A DNA stretch of 64,000 bases from Candidatus Bathyarchaeota archaeon (GCA_963707955.1 OY970176.1:1856001-1920000), one strand, 5' to 3'. Positions 9,074-20,110 are shown, counted from the stretch's first letter. Numbers and translations are program-made. Notes: generated by a model not told the origin, from the letters alone.

Positions 9074-10339
9074 ATGTCTAAGATAATGAAGATCAGGTCA
9101 AGGGAAATCCTTGATTCGAGGGGCAACCCAACTGTCGAAGCTGACGTGTTCACAAACGGAGGGTTGTCAAGGGTTTCTGTTCCTTCTGGTGCAAGCACAG
9201 GCGAGTACGAAGCTTTTGAGCTCAGGGATGGCGGGAGGCGTTATTTGGGGAAGGGAGTTCTGAAAGCCGTTAGTAATGTTAACAATGTTATAGCAAAGAA
9301 GATTGTCGGACGGGATTGTACAAAACAGAAAGAGGCAGACGAGTTGATGATAGATTTGGATGGAACTCCTAACAAGTCCAACTTAGGGGCTAATGCTATT
9401 CTCGCGGTCAGCATGGCAATATGCAAAGCGGGAGCTTTGGAGTCGAACTTGTCTCTTTATGAATATATTGCTGAGCTTGTGGATTCAAGAGGTGTGACTT
9501 TGCCTATTCCTCAGATGAACGTGATTAACGGTGGGATGCACGCTGGTATGAAAAATGATTTTCAAGAACACATGATAGTCCCGTTCGGAGCTAAAACTTT
9601 CTCTGACGCTCTAAGAATGTGCTCGGAAACTTATCACACTCTAAAGAAAAACCTGAAAGAAAAGTTTGGAAACTCCGCGATACAAGTTGGTGATGAAGGA
9701 GACTTCGTTCCTCCCTTGAAAAGCGTCGATGAGAGGCTCAAATTCATGTCAGAAGCGGTGGAAGAACTTGGCTACACGAAAGAATTCGCTCTAGCAATAG
9801 ACGCTGCAGCATCTGAATTCTATGGTGAGGGGCGTTATAACATCATGGGAAAAGAATACTCTTCTGCAGAATTAACGGATTTCTATTCTGAGCTGTGTGG
9901 AAAATTCAGGATAGTGTCAGTCGAGGATGGCTTGAGCGAAGACGATTGGGATGGCTGGATTAAGTTGAAATCCGAACTGGGGAAAAAAATTCAGATTGTC
10001 GGAGACGATCTTCTGGTTACGAATGTTGAGAGAATTAGAAAAGCAATTAAATTAGATGCTTGCAATGCTTTGCTACTGAAACTCAATCAGATCGGAACCG
10101 TTACCGAAGCCCTAGATGCTTTTAAATCAGCCAGAAAAGCCGGGTGGAACGTTATCGTTTCTCACAGATCAGGAAGCACTGAGGAAACTTTCTTTGCGGA
10201 TTTGGTTGTTGGCTTAGATGCGGGGCAATTCAAGTATGGCGCTCCCGCAAGAAGTGAGAGGACTTGTAACTATAACCAACTGCTCAGGATTGAAGAAGAA
10301 TTAGAGGGAAAAGCCGAGTATTCAAAGATTTTCGGGTAA
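9074..10339 (+). CDS. eno: enolase
   Basis: ILDSRGNPTVE, VPSGASTG, GDDL, KLNQIG, SHRSG, RSER. Confidence 0.96.
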   Translation: MSKIMKIRSREILDSRGNPTVEADVFTNGGLSRVSVPSGASTGEYEAFELRDGGRRYLGKGVLKAVSNVNNVIAKKIVGRDCTKQKEADELMIDLDGTPNKSNLGANAILAVSMAICKAGALESNLSLYEYIAELVDSRGVTLPIPQMNVINGGMHAGMKNDFQEHMIVPFGAKTFSDALRMCSETYHTLKKNLKEKFGNSAIQVGDEGDFVPPLKSVDERLKFMSEAVEELGYTKEFALAIDAAASEFYGEGRYNIMGKEYSSAELTDFYSELCGKFRIVSVEDGLSEDDWDGWIKLKSELGKKIQIVGDDLLVTNVERIRKAIKLDACNALLLKLNQIGTVTEALDAFKSARKAGWNVIVSHRSGSTEETFFADLVVGLDAGQFKYGAPARSERTCNYNQLLRIEEELEGKAEYSKIFG

Positions 10340-10364
10340 ACCAGATTTTGGAGATGACTTTTGA

Positions 10365-11684
10365 GTGAAAGACACAGAATTTTCTTTTGGAGACGCAATG
10401 ATCCCTCAACAGAGGATCCTCGAAACGGCAAAAATGTTAAGACCTGAGATTAGAAATATGGCGAATGCTATTTCTGGAGGCTACGAAGGTGATATGGCTT
10501 CGCTATATCTGCCTGATGATAGACTCATGTTAGGCAAAGTCAGACAAGTCATAGGCAAGAATCTGCAACTGAAGCCGGTTTACCTCGTTGTCGTGGGCAT
10601 TGGCGGCAGCAATCTAGGGACGATAGCTGTTCAGGAAGCTGTTCTTGGAAAACTGTACAATCAATTGACGGCGTCTACAAAGGTATTGTATGCCGACACA
10701 GTTGATTCAGACGGCATTAACAACATAATCACGCTGGCCAAGCCTGTATTAGAAAGAGGAGGTAACATCGCACTGAATGTGATAAGCAAGTCGGGAACTA
10801 CGACGGAAACGATAGCTAACGCCGAGGTGCTCATAGATTTATTACGACGGCACAAGAAAAATTACAAAAATTGTATTAATGTTACTTCAGATAAAGATTC
10901 AGAACTGTGGAACATTGCTGTCAGAGAAGGATTCAATGTTCTAGAAATACCGAAGAAAGTTGGCGGAAGGTATTCTGTCTTTTCGTCTGTAGGTCTGTTT
11001 CCTCTCGGATTACTGGGAATAAATATTGAACAATTATTGGATGGAGCAAGATCCATCAGAGATGCCTGTATTAATATGAATGTCGAAAAGAATCCCGCAG
11101 CGATAAGTGCAATTGTACAATATCTGCATTACAAGAGCGGAAAGAACATATATGACTTGTTTCTGTTCGCGAATGATTTGGAGTCTTTAGGCAAATGGTA
11201 TAGGCAATTAATGGCTGAAAGCCTAGGCAAAGAGTTTAACAAGAAGGGGGAAAGAGTGAACATTGGCATGACTCCAACTGTCTCAATAGGTTCGACGGAT
11301 TTGCATTCAACGGCGCAACTCTATCTTGGAGGTCCATACGATAAATTCACAACGTTCGTGAGGATCAAAAACAGTCGTTCATGTTTAAAAGTGCCAAGTG
11401 TTGAAGGCTACTCGGAGCTAGTTTCTGAGATTCATGGTAAGAGTCTGATGGATATAATGGATGCGACATTGGAAGGAACAAAGGCGGCTTTTAGGAGCGG
11501 CAAGAGACCATTCATCGAGATAACTCTGCCTGACAAATCGGAGCACTCCGTAGGCCAGTTGTTACAGTTCAAGATGATAGAAACCATGTACTTAGGACGA
11601 TTGTTAGATGTAAATCCTTTTGACCAGCCAAACGTTGAAAGCTACAAAAGGGAAACCCGAAAAATACTGGCAGAACAAAACTGA
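10365..11684 (+). CDS. pgi: glucose-6-phosphate isomerase (PGI superfamily)
   Basis: GIGGSNLG, SKSGTTTET, VGGRYSV, QLMAESLGK, DLHS, FDQPNVE. Confidence 0.94.
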   Translation: MKDTEFSFGDAMIPQQRILETAKMLRPEIRNMANAISGGYEGDMASLYLPDDRLMLGKVRQVIGKNLQLKPVYLVVVGIGGSNLGTIAVQEAVLGKLYNQLTASTKVLYADTVDSDGINNIITLAKPVLERGGNIALNVISKSGTTTETIANAEVLIDLLRRHKKNYKNCINVTSDKDSELWNIAVREGFNVLEIPKKVGGRYSVFSSVGLFPLGLLGINIEQLLDGARSIRDACINMNVEKNPAAISAIVQYLHYKSGKNIYDLFLFANDLESLGKWYRQLMAESLGKEFNKKGERVNIGMTPTVSIGSTDLHSTAQLYLGGPYDKFTTFVRIKNSRSCLKVPSVEGYSELVSEIHGKSLMDIMDATLEGTKAAFRSGKRPFIEITLPDKSEHSVGQLLQFKMIETMYLGRLLDVNPFDQPNVESYKRETRKILAEQN

Positions 11685-11749
11685 TGTCAGTAAACTCAAA
11701 GTTGGGTACTTCGCTCGGGCGAAATTTCACGAGGGAGAGTGAGGAAAAA

Positions 11750-12643
11750 TTATGTCGCTAATACTCTTGCCAGATTCAGGAAACTCAAATCCAAAGGCTT
11801 TTCTGTCTTGCATGATTCTTCGAGCCCTATGCTCTTTATTTTGCCATTCCGCAACACAACCGCCCTGCTTCCTCGTCCCTTAGATAACAGTTTAACCGCT
11901 TCATCTGCGAATAGACTGGCCAAAAGTCTGCTTCTCGCCGATGGATTGCCGCCTCTCTGAGTGTAGCCCAAAACGCTAAGCCTCACTTCTGCTCCCGTAG
12001 CTTTCTCAAGTTCACTCGCAAGCTGACGGTTGTCTCCGATTCCTTCCGCTGCAACAATTATGCCTGACCTTTTTCCTCTTTCTTTCGTTTCTCTAATAGT
12101 TCTGAAGATTTTTTCATTTTCGTATTTAACCCCCATGACTTCAACTATGAAGATTCTCTCGATGGAGACTGCTGTGTCTCGAATCTTATCGATTTCGGTT
12201 ACTGCCGTATTTACTGCTGTGTCAAATCCTATAGTTTCGTCCGTTCCGAAAACGTCGTTGTCAATTGACGCTGGAACCCCTACGATTGACGTGCCGGTTT
12301 CTTTGCTTAGTTCTAGGGCTCCTTGGAAGGAGCCGTTACCACCAATAACAATAAGGCCATCGACATTGTTTAATGCAAGGGTTTCGGCAGCTTTCTTGAT
12401 TGCTTCATTCTTTTTGAATTCTGGGCATCTTGACGTATGAAGGATGGTTCCGCCCAAGTGTAATATTCCACCAACGGAGCGGGGGGTCAACCGTCTAGAC
12501 GAGTTTGTTAGCAAGCCTTCCCAACCCCTTTCAAAGCCTATAACTTCGAAGTTTTTTGAGTGGGCAATTCGGACAACGCCTCGAATAGCTGCGTTCATGC
12601 CTGGCGCGTCTCCGCCACTTGTAACCACAGCTATAATCTTCAA
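11750..12643 (-). pseudogene. pfkA: 6-phosphofructokinase (PfkA family) with in-frame internal deletion
   Basis: TSGGDAPGMNAA, IDND, LGYTQRGG present; VEVMG runs straight into VKYE, so the MGR arginine and the following helix/strand are missing. Confidence 0.75.
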
Positions 12644-12781
12644 CCATCATTCCCTCATATCGACAAAACGCATAGGAATGTTTTAGCTTTTCTCTTCACC
12701 TTTTGAAAAGACCTACTGGCTTAGCGCCCACCAAGAGTGCGAGACAAAAAGCTTAAGAAAAGCAATACCGCAAGCTAGTTC

Positions 12782-13219
12782 ATGCCAGAGTTCTGTTTTG
12801 AAGGTACTGCCAGCTGGAAAAGCGGAACCGAATGCGATCTGACAATCAAAGGCAAGCGCTTCATTACTGTCAGTCCTCCGCCTGATTTTGGCGGAAAACA
12901 AGGATACTGCGTTCCAGAAGAGGTGTTTGCAGCTTCACTTGCATCCTGCATGAACACGATATTCCTTCTAATCGCGGGCAATTCTAAGCTGGGGCTCAAG
13001 AAATTGGAGACCAAAGCCGCTGTGAAAATGAACGCTGAAGGACTGGAAAAACTAATTTTCACTCATATACACTTCGCCATCACCGTGAAGCTAGAAAATG
13101 ACAATGAACGAGAAAGGAGAAAGGCCCACTCCATCTATGAAAAAGCCGAGAAGATATGCCCCCTGACACAATCATGGGGAGAAAAAGTCCCAATAAGCTT
13201 TGAACTAAACCTCGAGTAG
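12782..13219 (+). CDS. OsmC/Ohr family protein
   Basis: PPPDFGG, PEEVFAASLASC, AEKICP. Confidence 0.88.
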   Translation: MPEFCFEGTASWKSGTECDLTIKGKRFITVSPPPDFGGKQGYCVPEEVFAASLASCMNTIFLLIAGNSKLGLKKLETKAAVKMNAEGLEKLIFTHIHFAITVKLENDNERERRKAHSIYEKAEKICPLTQSWGEKVPISFELNLE

Positions 13220-13327
13220 CATACTTCACAGACTGAATGCCCACCAGCACCGCGCGCTTTCTACGTGACTCGTTTCAACAGACAACGCGCGTGAACGCCA
13301 ACCTTCACGCGAAACGATAATAAGTGC

Positions 13328-14571
13328 TCAATTCCCCATTGCAAGGAGTGATTTGTAAATATCTAGTGTTTGTTCGGCAACCTTTCTCCAAGTGAAATAT
13401 TCTAACACTCGTTTGCGACCGTTTTCGCCCCACGCTCTTGCTCTTTGTGGATCCTTAAGCACTTCTTTTATTGCCCAGGCTATGTCGACCGGATCTTCGC
13501 CATTAACGTGAATTCCATTTTGATCTGGACCTGAAGAAATGACTTGCTCACGGAAACCGACTACTCCATGAGCACCAACAACGATTGGCTTTGCCATTGA
13601 CATAGCCTCTAGGCTAACTATGCCGAACGGTTCGTAGACCGATGGAAAAATGCCGATGTCAGCAGCGGCATAATGCAGGATCCTTTCGTCTTCGGGCACA
13701 AACTCAAAACGACATGTTCTCCCTGATTCCAAGCCGGGCTGCCATCTCGATAATGTCTTTCTGCTCTTCGCCCTTGCCCAAGATGACAAGTTTCGTTTTC
13801 GGATAGTCCTTTAGAACCATCGGCATAGCTTGCACAAGGTTCCTAACACTCTTGACCCATGTGAGCCTGCCAACAAACAAGAGCAAATTCCAGTCCCTGG
13901 GAACACCATATCTTTCTCTTATTCCATCAACCCAGTCTTGATTGCAATTCTGTGGATTATACCGTTCTGGGTCTACTCCGTTCCAGACGACGCTGATTTT
14001 TGATTCGGTCCATCCGTGGCGAACAAGATCGTCTCTCATTGCATAGCTCACTGTGATTATCCGGTCTGCCAATTGCGCTGTGGCTCGCTCGAGATGCGAA
14101 ACCACTTCAGAGCCTCCTCCTCCGCTTCTGCCCCACTCAGTGCTGTGAACATGAAAAACTACGGGGATTTTTGTTTCGTTCTTCGTTATGATGCCTGCGA
14201 TGCTGCTTAGCCAGTCATGAACACAGACAATGTCGAACTTGTGCCCTTCTTCCTTGATCAACCTGTTGATGAACTTAGTTGCGCTTAAGACGTTGTAAAT
14301 GAAAATGTCGCTAAAGAACCGGATGTTTGTCCCCCACTTCAGCAAATCATTGGTAACGAACATTGGAAATACGTTACTTGCATCGGCGATGATTGGACGA
14401 TGAACTTCTACTCCTTCCAAAGTCTCTGATGTTCGGATTTCCAGGATTAAGAGTGAAAACAGAGACATCGTGGCCTAACTCAACATACTCGCGAGTTATG
14501 TATTCTGCATACGTGCCCAAACCACCAACTAGCTGGGGTGGATACTCTAATACAAAAAAACCGATCCTCAA
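13328..14571 (-). pseudogene. GT4 glycosyltransferase (glycogen-synthase-like), two frameshifts
   Basis: EYPP..VGGLG / HDWL, HVHSTEWGR, VGRL / PSVYEPFGIVSLEAM lie in three successive ORFs (shifts near 14435 and 13715). Confidence 0.87.
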
Positions 14572-14800
14572 CCAACTTCACCTCTCAAGTCTGTTACATC
14601 TGACGCGAAGACAGATTTTACTCTTGCTTCAGCAGCGTATCCCAATGGAACGTTAACAGCCGCAACAATTATGAAAAAGAAACGTTGAGCGCGCGCTTGA
14701 TCTAATCACGTCTCCCGCTAAAACCCCTAGCCCGCCGCTGTATGTTGGCATGTCACTCTTTGCACCGATTTCACTCACACCACACTACACTCTTTATCAG

Positions 14801-14812
14801 TAGCGCGCGCTA
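14801..14812. promoter_or_regulatory. perfect palindrome TAGCGCGCGCTA, best copy of a dispersed junction motif (function unknown)
   Basis: GCGCGCGC core also at 518, 683, 3538, 6158, 9015, 14689, 18943, 20932, 26553, 26589, 45366. Confidence 0.6.
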
Positions 14813-14922
14813 GCGTGTCTTGCCTAATTACTCTTATGGCACTTTTGCATTAGTAGGACATAGGTGGTAAAGATTTATCTCCAAAATCAACAATAGTACG
14901 GGTAGCTGTTAGAGGTGGTTCT

Positions 14923-15882
14923 TTGTCGGCCAGCACATATTCTCATGCTCCAAAGGTCGCTGTAATCGGAGCAGGATTTGTAGGATCATCGTTTGCCTAC
15001 TCTCTGATGATTCATGGAACTGTGTCAGAGATAGTGCTCATTGACGTTGATAAGAAAAGAGCTGAGGGTGAGGCTATGGATCTGAACCATGGTGTGTCCT
15101 TCGTTCAACCTGTCAGAGTCTGGGCTGGAGACTACCAAGATTGTCAAGACGCGGACATTGTTGTTATCACCGCCGGGCTGGCCCAAAAGCCGGGTGAATC
15201 CCGCTTGGACTTGGTGACAAGCAATGTTGGGATTTTTAGACAAATCATCCCAAGAATAAAGGAATACAACAGAACGGGCATCCTTCTGGTTGCCACAAAT
15301 CCTGTTGACTTGATGACTTATGCAGCCTTGAAACTCTCAGGTTTTCCGTCTAGCAGGGTGATTGGTTCTGGCACAATATTAGACACGTCACGTTTGCGGT
15401 ACCTACTAGGAGAGCACCTCAAAGTTGATCCAAGGAACGTTCACGCCTACATTATCGGCGAGCATGGAGACAGCGAAGTACCCGCTTGGAGCTTGGCAAG
15501 CATTGCAGGCACGAGGCTTAAGGATTACAGTGCAGTTCTCGGCCAAGGGCTTGATGACCTATATTTGAACAACCTGTTTGAGCAGGTGAAAAACGCGGCT
15601 TACAAGATTATTGAGCTTAAGGGAAGAACATACTACGCTATTGGGCTTGGCCTTACCAAAATCGTTGAAAGCATAATTCGCGATGAAAACGCGATACTCA
15701 CAGTTTCAAGTCTACTCCACGACTATTACGGGGTGGACGATATTTGTCTTAGCGTTCCAACAATCGTGAACAGAAACGGCGTGAGAGAAGTTTTGAAACT
15801 ACCCTTGACGGAAGAGGAAATCACCATGCTTCAGAGTTCAGCGTCGACGCTCAAGAACATCGTGAAGTCGCTGACTCTTTAA
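14923..15882 (+). CDS. ldh: L-lactate dehydrogenase (bacterial type)
   Basis: GAGFVG, TAGLAQKPGESRLDL (Gln specificity residue), ATNPVD, LDTSR, GEHGDS, TYYAIG. Confidence 0.92.
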   Translation: MSASTYSHAPKVAVIGAGFVGSSFAYSLMIHGTVSEIVLIDVDKKRAEGEAMDLNHGVSFVQPVRVWAGDYQDCQDADIVVITAGLAQKPGESRLDLVTSNVGIFRQIIPRIKEYNRTGILLVATNPVDLMTYAALKLSGFPSSRVIGSGTILDTSRLRYLLGEHLKVDPRNVHAYIIGEHGDSEVPAWSLASIAGTRLKDYSAVLGQGLDDLYLNNLFEQVKNAAYKIIELKGRTYYAIGLGLTKIVESIIRDENAILTVSSLLHDYYGVDDICLSVPTIVNRNGVREVLKLPLTEEEITMLQSSASTLKNIVKSLTL

Positions 15883-15979
15883 GTATCAATATCCTTTGCT
15901 CTTTGAACAGTTTAAAGACTTAGTAGCTTTCAGATATCTTTAAATTGCCACGGCAAACACACCTTAAGAAGGTGTTAGT

Positions 15980-16258
15980 GTGCGTCCATCTGAATTGCAA
16001 GGAAAGAGTGTCGTTGGAACGGGAGCAAAAATACTAGGATCTGTTTCAGACATTGAATTCGACCCAGCAGAATGGAAAGTGACCCATCTGCGAATAGAGT
16101 TGACTGATGAAGCAGTCAAAACGTTAGGCTACAAGAAACCATTTATGGGGCACGTGGAAATTCTGCTTTCGGTGGGTGCAGTAAAGGCTGTAGCTGATGT
16201 TGTGACTCTTACTAACACAATAGCAGAACTAAAGGATTTTATCGAACCTACAAAATGA
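15980..16258 (+). CDS. PRC-barrel domain protein
   Basis: SELQGKSVV..GAKILGSVSDIEFD...VKAVADVV. Confidence 0.8.
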   Translation: MRPSELQGKSVVGTGAKILGSVSDIEFDPAEWKVTHLRIELTDEAVKTLGYKKPFMGHVEILLSVGAVKAVADVVTLTNTIAELKDFIEPTK

Positions 16259-16439
16259 GCGCCCACACGAAAGTATCAGCGGCTGATGCAACGCGCACGC
16301 TGGCTATTTTGCAAAGGCAATTCTGGCCGTCGTTAAGCTCTTTGAACCGCCTGATAAAAAAGAAATTGTCATTCAAGCCCGCTTTGCTCATCAGGAACCG
16401 TTCTTCCGATGGTCTCAATCAGCGGTTGTCTGTAACACG

Positions 16440-16718
16440 ATGTCTTATGCTGTGAACGCGATTCTATCACCATTATTCAGGCTTGGGGAAATGATTATAC
16501 GGCACCACACCAGCACTCATAATGGGAGGGTGGAGATCTTGGTTAAGAACTTAAAAGTGGTTTGTGTTCAGACTATAAATGGTGAAAAGCATTATGTCGT
16601 TCATAGTTTTGAGGGTAATGAAAATCCAGCTGGCAGTATAGATTTTGATGAGGCTAAGATCAGAATGATCACGAAAAAAGAAGCCTCTAAGCCACTTCTT
16701 CTATTACGTGCAGAATGA
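16440..16718 (+). CDS. hypothetical small protein (start may be ~16539)
   Basis: ORF only, with a purine-rich RBS-like run near 16524. Confidence 0.35.
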   Translation: MSYAVNAILSPLFRLGEMIIRHHTSTHNGRVEILVKNLKVVCVQTINGEKHYVVHSFEGNENPAGSIDFDEAKIRMITKKEASKPLLLLRAE

Positions 16719-16834
16719 AATCATCGTAGCGTAGGCTTAAACAAAAAATGCCAAGATTCTACAATGCGTTCCTGTAGATATGCGTAGCGTGAAACTGGTT
16801 AGAGGGAGGTGAGGAGTTAACGAGTGCGAAAAAA

Positions 16835-17170
16835 GTGGCTGAAAAGACGATTAGCGCAGAGTTAGTCTCAAAAATTCTGAGAACCGTTTCCTTGACAGAG
16901 GCATTCCATTTCTTTACAGACATCGGGCAATATGACGGAAAATCTGCCACTTCACTGGCCGATTTCTCCGAGAAGCTAAAGACAGCACCATTGAAGTCGA
17001 TAGAGTTCCACTTTAAACGAGGAGACTTTGAACGGTGGACCAGGGAGACGCTGGGCGACGAGTACCTTGCAGATGGAATAGGCAGAATCGACAAATCGGT
17101 TCAGGGAGAAGCATTGAGAAAAGCCATACAAAGAACTGTTGAAAACCGCCTCTACCACCTCAAACAATAA
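16835..17170 (+). CDS. DUF5752-like protein (glycogen/trehalose-locus associated)
   Basis: AFHFFTDIG..A.SL.DF..KL....SIEFH..RGDFERW...LGD. Confidence 0.75.
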   Translation: MAEKTISAELVSKILRTVSLTEAFHFFTDIGQYDGKSATSLADFSEKLKTAPLKSIEFHFKRGDFERWTRETLGDEYLADGIGRIDKSVQGEALRKAIQRTVENRLYHLKQ

Positions 17171-17263
17171 GAACAGTGACGGTCACAAGCGCGTGCCTAG
17201 AACGCGCGAGCAACGAGCAGATTACAAATCATAGCCCATTTTCACCAAGAAAATGAGCAGCCT

Positions 17264-18640
17264 TTAGGAAGACGCAAATTCTCTCAACTCTTCAATTTTA
17301 TGGATCTCTATCGAGTTGCTGGCATGTTCCATAGTGGTTCTCACACCCTCAGTGAACAAAACAGTTTCTTCATTATCAACCATACGCATTTCATGAAGTC
17401 GATTTGCAACTGTAGATATTCTGTCTTTTTCCTCGTGGTAGTTTATCAGAACAGGGTACACGCCGAACGTGAGTTCGAGTTGTTTTTTGACTTTGATTTC
17501 ATGGGTGACAGCAATTATAGGCTGAGCAATCTTGAAGCGAGCTATCATTCGGGCCGTGTAGCCTGACCGCGTTAAAGGGACAACTTTGTGAACGGGCATA
17601 CTCAGACAAATTCTCTGGACTGCCTTGCTAACTGTGTCGGAAATGTTGATGAACGGAGTATCTTCAACGTTGCTCTTGACGGCTTTCTCTGTTTCATTCG
17701 CTATCCGGGTCATCATCTCAACGGCCTCCACAGGATACTGACCAACCGCTGTTTCGCCAGAGAGCATAACGGCGTCAGACCCGTCTAGTATGGCGTTTGC
17801 CACATCGCTAACTTCAGCCCTGGTTGGATTGGGTTGATGAATCATCGATTCAAGCATCTCTGTTGCAGTTACAACCACTTTGCCCTTCTGATTGCTTAAT
17901 TTGATGAGAGATTTCTGAACCAGAGGCACTCTTTCAGGTTCTATTTCAACTGCCAAATCGCCCCTTGCAACCATTAATCCGCTAGCGGCGTCTAAAATCT
18001 CTTCGATGTTTTGCACACCCTCAGAGTTCTCAATCTTGGCGATTATTCCGCCTTCAAAACTATTGGTCTGAGACAAGTTTTTCACGTCTTCTGCATTTCT
18101 TGTGAATGAGAGCGCAACGTATTCGACGTCATGTTTTTTTGCAAACCTTATGATCTCTAAGTCCTTCTCGGGGAAGGTTGGGACGGAAAGATGCTTGTTG
18201 GGAATGTTAACTCCTTTTCCATCTTCTATGACGCCGCTGGTCAAGGTCAGAAACCGAAGTTTTCGATCTTTCTTTTCAACCACTCGCGTTCTAGTTTTTC
18301 CATTATCGATATATACTTCGTCATCAACCTCCATTTCGTCATAGAAATCGTGATTGAAACAGACTTCTTCGCCATCGAAGCCTACTTCCAAAATGTCTCC
18401 TTTGCTGAAGACCTTTCGTTTAAATGTCCTGATTCTTATTTCTGGTCCTTTGATGTCAATTATTATGGGAATATCCGCAACTTCCCTCACTGTTTCTATA
18501 ACCGACTGGTATTGAGTGAGATTTCCATAAGCGGTATTTATCCTTACGCCGTTCATGCCCGCTTTGAACATTTTTTCAATCATTTGCCTTGAAGAACTAG
18601 CAGGACCCACAGTGCATATGATCTTTGTTTTCTTCAACAA
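17264..18640 (-). CDS. pyk: pyruvate kinase
   Basis: KTKIICTVGPAS, DIKGPEIR, AKIE, MVARGDL, ATEMLESM, PTRAEVSDVANA, MLSGETA. Confidence 0.96.
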   Translation of the reverse strand: MLKKTKIICTVGPASSSRQMIEKMFKAGMNGVRINTAYGNLTQYQSVIETVREVADIPIIIDIKGPEIRIRTFKRKVFSKGDILEVGFDGEEVCFNHDFYDEMEVDDEVYIDNGKTRTRVVEKKDRKLRFLTLTSGVIEDGKGVNIPNKHLSVPTFPEKDLEIIRFAKKHDVEYVALSFTRNAEDVKNLSQTNSFEGGIIAKIENSEGVQNIEEILDAASGLMVARGDLAVEIEPERVPLVQKSLIKLSNQKGKVVVTATEMLESMIHQPNPTRAEVSDVANAILDGSDAVMLSGETAVGQYPVEAVEMMTRIANETEKAVKSNVEDTPFINISDTVSKAVQRICLSMPVHKVVPLTRSGYTARMIARFKIAQPIIAVTHEIKVKKQLELTFGVYPVLINYHEEKDRISTVANRLHEMRMVDNEETVLFTEGVRTTMEHASNSIEIHKIEELREFASS

Positions 18641-19054
18641 AACATCTCCTCATGCATCCTAGACATAACACATTCCAAGTTAAGCTTAACGGCGAGTAAT
18701 TCAGGCTTGACCGTGAAAATTCGGTTACAGCTGTTTCCAGAAAGAAGGACAATAGTTCAGCCTGAAATAACATGGGTTTTCTCTGCTTTGACTCAATTAA
18801 GTCCAGCATATTTCGCGCGCACTCCGTCTCGGGGTTTTCAATTATTCATTTTTCTTATCAATAGTTTTGCAATGTCCGCAGTTTGGTCTTTTGGCTTTTA
18901 TGTGTTCTTGGAAAAAGGAAGAAGTTGGTTTGTGCTTCAAAAGCGCGCGCGTTTCTTTTCTATATTTGACGTGATACATAATAGAGAAGTGGGGATTCGG
19001 GCGCAGGCTTCGCCTTGCGAGTTCTTCTGAGTAATGAACAAGCTTTGAGGAATA

Positions 19055-20110
19055 TTATTCTTTATTGTCGTGTTTTCGCGGCAGTGATTCCAATCTTTTC
19101 TTAAAGGATGCCGCCGATTGGTTGTCGGCGAGTATGTATAGATAATCTCCTTTTTGCAGTTCAAAGTCAGCGGTCATGTTGTGAATTATCTCACCGTTTC
19201 GGTAAACCAGCAGTATCGGGTCGCCTCTGTCTATGTCTCCATATTTTATTCCTTCAGAAGTGATCTCGAATCCAATGACGTATTTGGATTTGAGTTTTTC
19301 AGACAGAACGATACCTGCCACTTCATTCGAAATTATCGAAGATGCTAGCATTCGCCCTATTATGTCATAAATCGGTGCAACTGTATCCGATCCCGCAGCC
19401 TTAGCACTTTCTACGAGCTCCTTATCATTTATGATGGAGACTGCTCGGATGTTCTTGTTGAGCTTTTTGGCGGTCAGAACAGCAAGCATGTTGTCTCCAT
19501 CGTCATCAAAGGTGGATATTAAGTAGGAAGCTCTTTCCACACCGGCTTTTTTGAGAGTCTCATAAATGTGGGTAGTCGGTCCCCCCACGGCCGTTATTCC
19601 TTCCTTTCTGAGCATTTCCATTTGGTCGTTGTCTTTTGCTATGACAACAAATTCTAAACCAAGCGACTTCAAGTCGTCTACGACGTATTTTCCCAGGAAT
19701 TTGTAGCCCACTACTATTACGTGGTTCTTCATTCTCCTTGCCCTTCTCATCGTCAATGTCTCAGTCCGCAGCTCGCTCTTAAGCGCAGCCGTAAATGTCC
19801 CTTGGACAAGGGAAGCTGCTGACCCTACGCTAAGTATGAAAACTACTATTAGAAGAGCCTTTTCAGAAGCTGGCATAGTGAGGATGCCAGGATTGTAGAT
19901 CCCTATGGTCGTGATCGTTGAAACAGCCCCGAGAAGTGCAGTCAACAGGTCCAGCCCCTGATAATACATGAAAACCAAAGCTCCGAAAATAAACATCGAG
20001 CACAGTATCGAAAGTTGAATCCAAACAGATTTGACAATATAAAACGGGGTGTATACCGCAAGATCTAGCAAATCTCTTGGTCTTCTCACAGCAATTTCTC
20101 TGCAAGGCAT
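19055..20110 (-). CDS. potassium channel, 2TM pore plus TrkA/RCK NAD-binding domain
   Basis: TITTIG pore segment between TM helices; HVIVVG; DDGDN..AVLTAK. Confidence 0.82.
   Translation of the reverse strand: MPCREIAVRRPRDLLDLAVYTPFYIVKSVWIQLSILCSMFIFGALVFMYYQGLDLLTALLGAVSTITTIGIYNPGILTMPASEKALLIVVFILSVGSAASLVQGTFTAALKSELRTETLTMRRARRMKNHVIVVGYKFLGKYVVDDLKSLGLEFVVIAKDNDQMEMLRKEGITAVGGPTTHIYETLKKAGVERASYLISTFDDDGDNMLAVLTAKKLNKNIRAVSIINDKELVESAKAAGSDTVAPIYDIIGRMLASSIISNEVAGIVLSEKLKSKYVIGFEITSEGIKYGDIDRGDPILLVYRNGEIIHNMTADFELQKGDYLYILADNQSAASFKKRLESLPRKHDNKE

Noticed and set aside
9074-10339. Enolase as a pseudogene (GDEGD and ERTCNY variants)
   Set aside because: The frame is intact and the catalytic and metal-binding residues appear retained.
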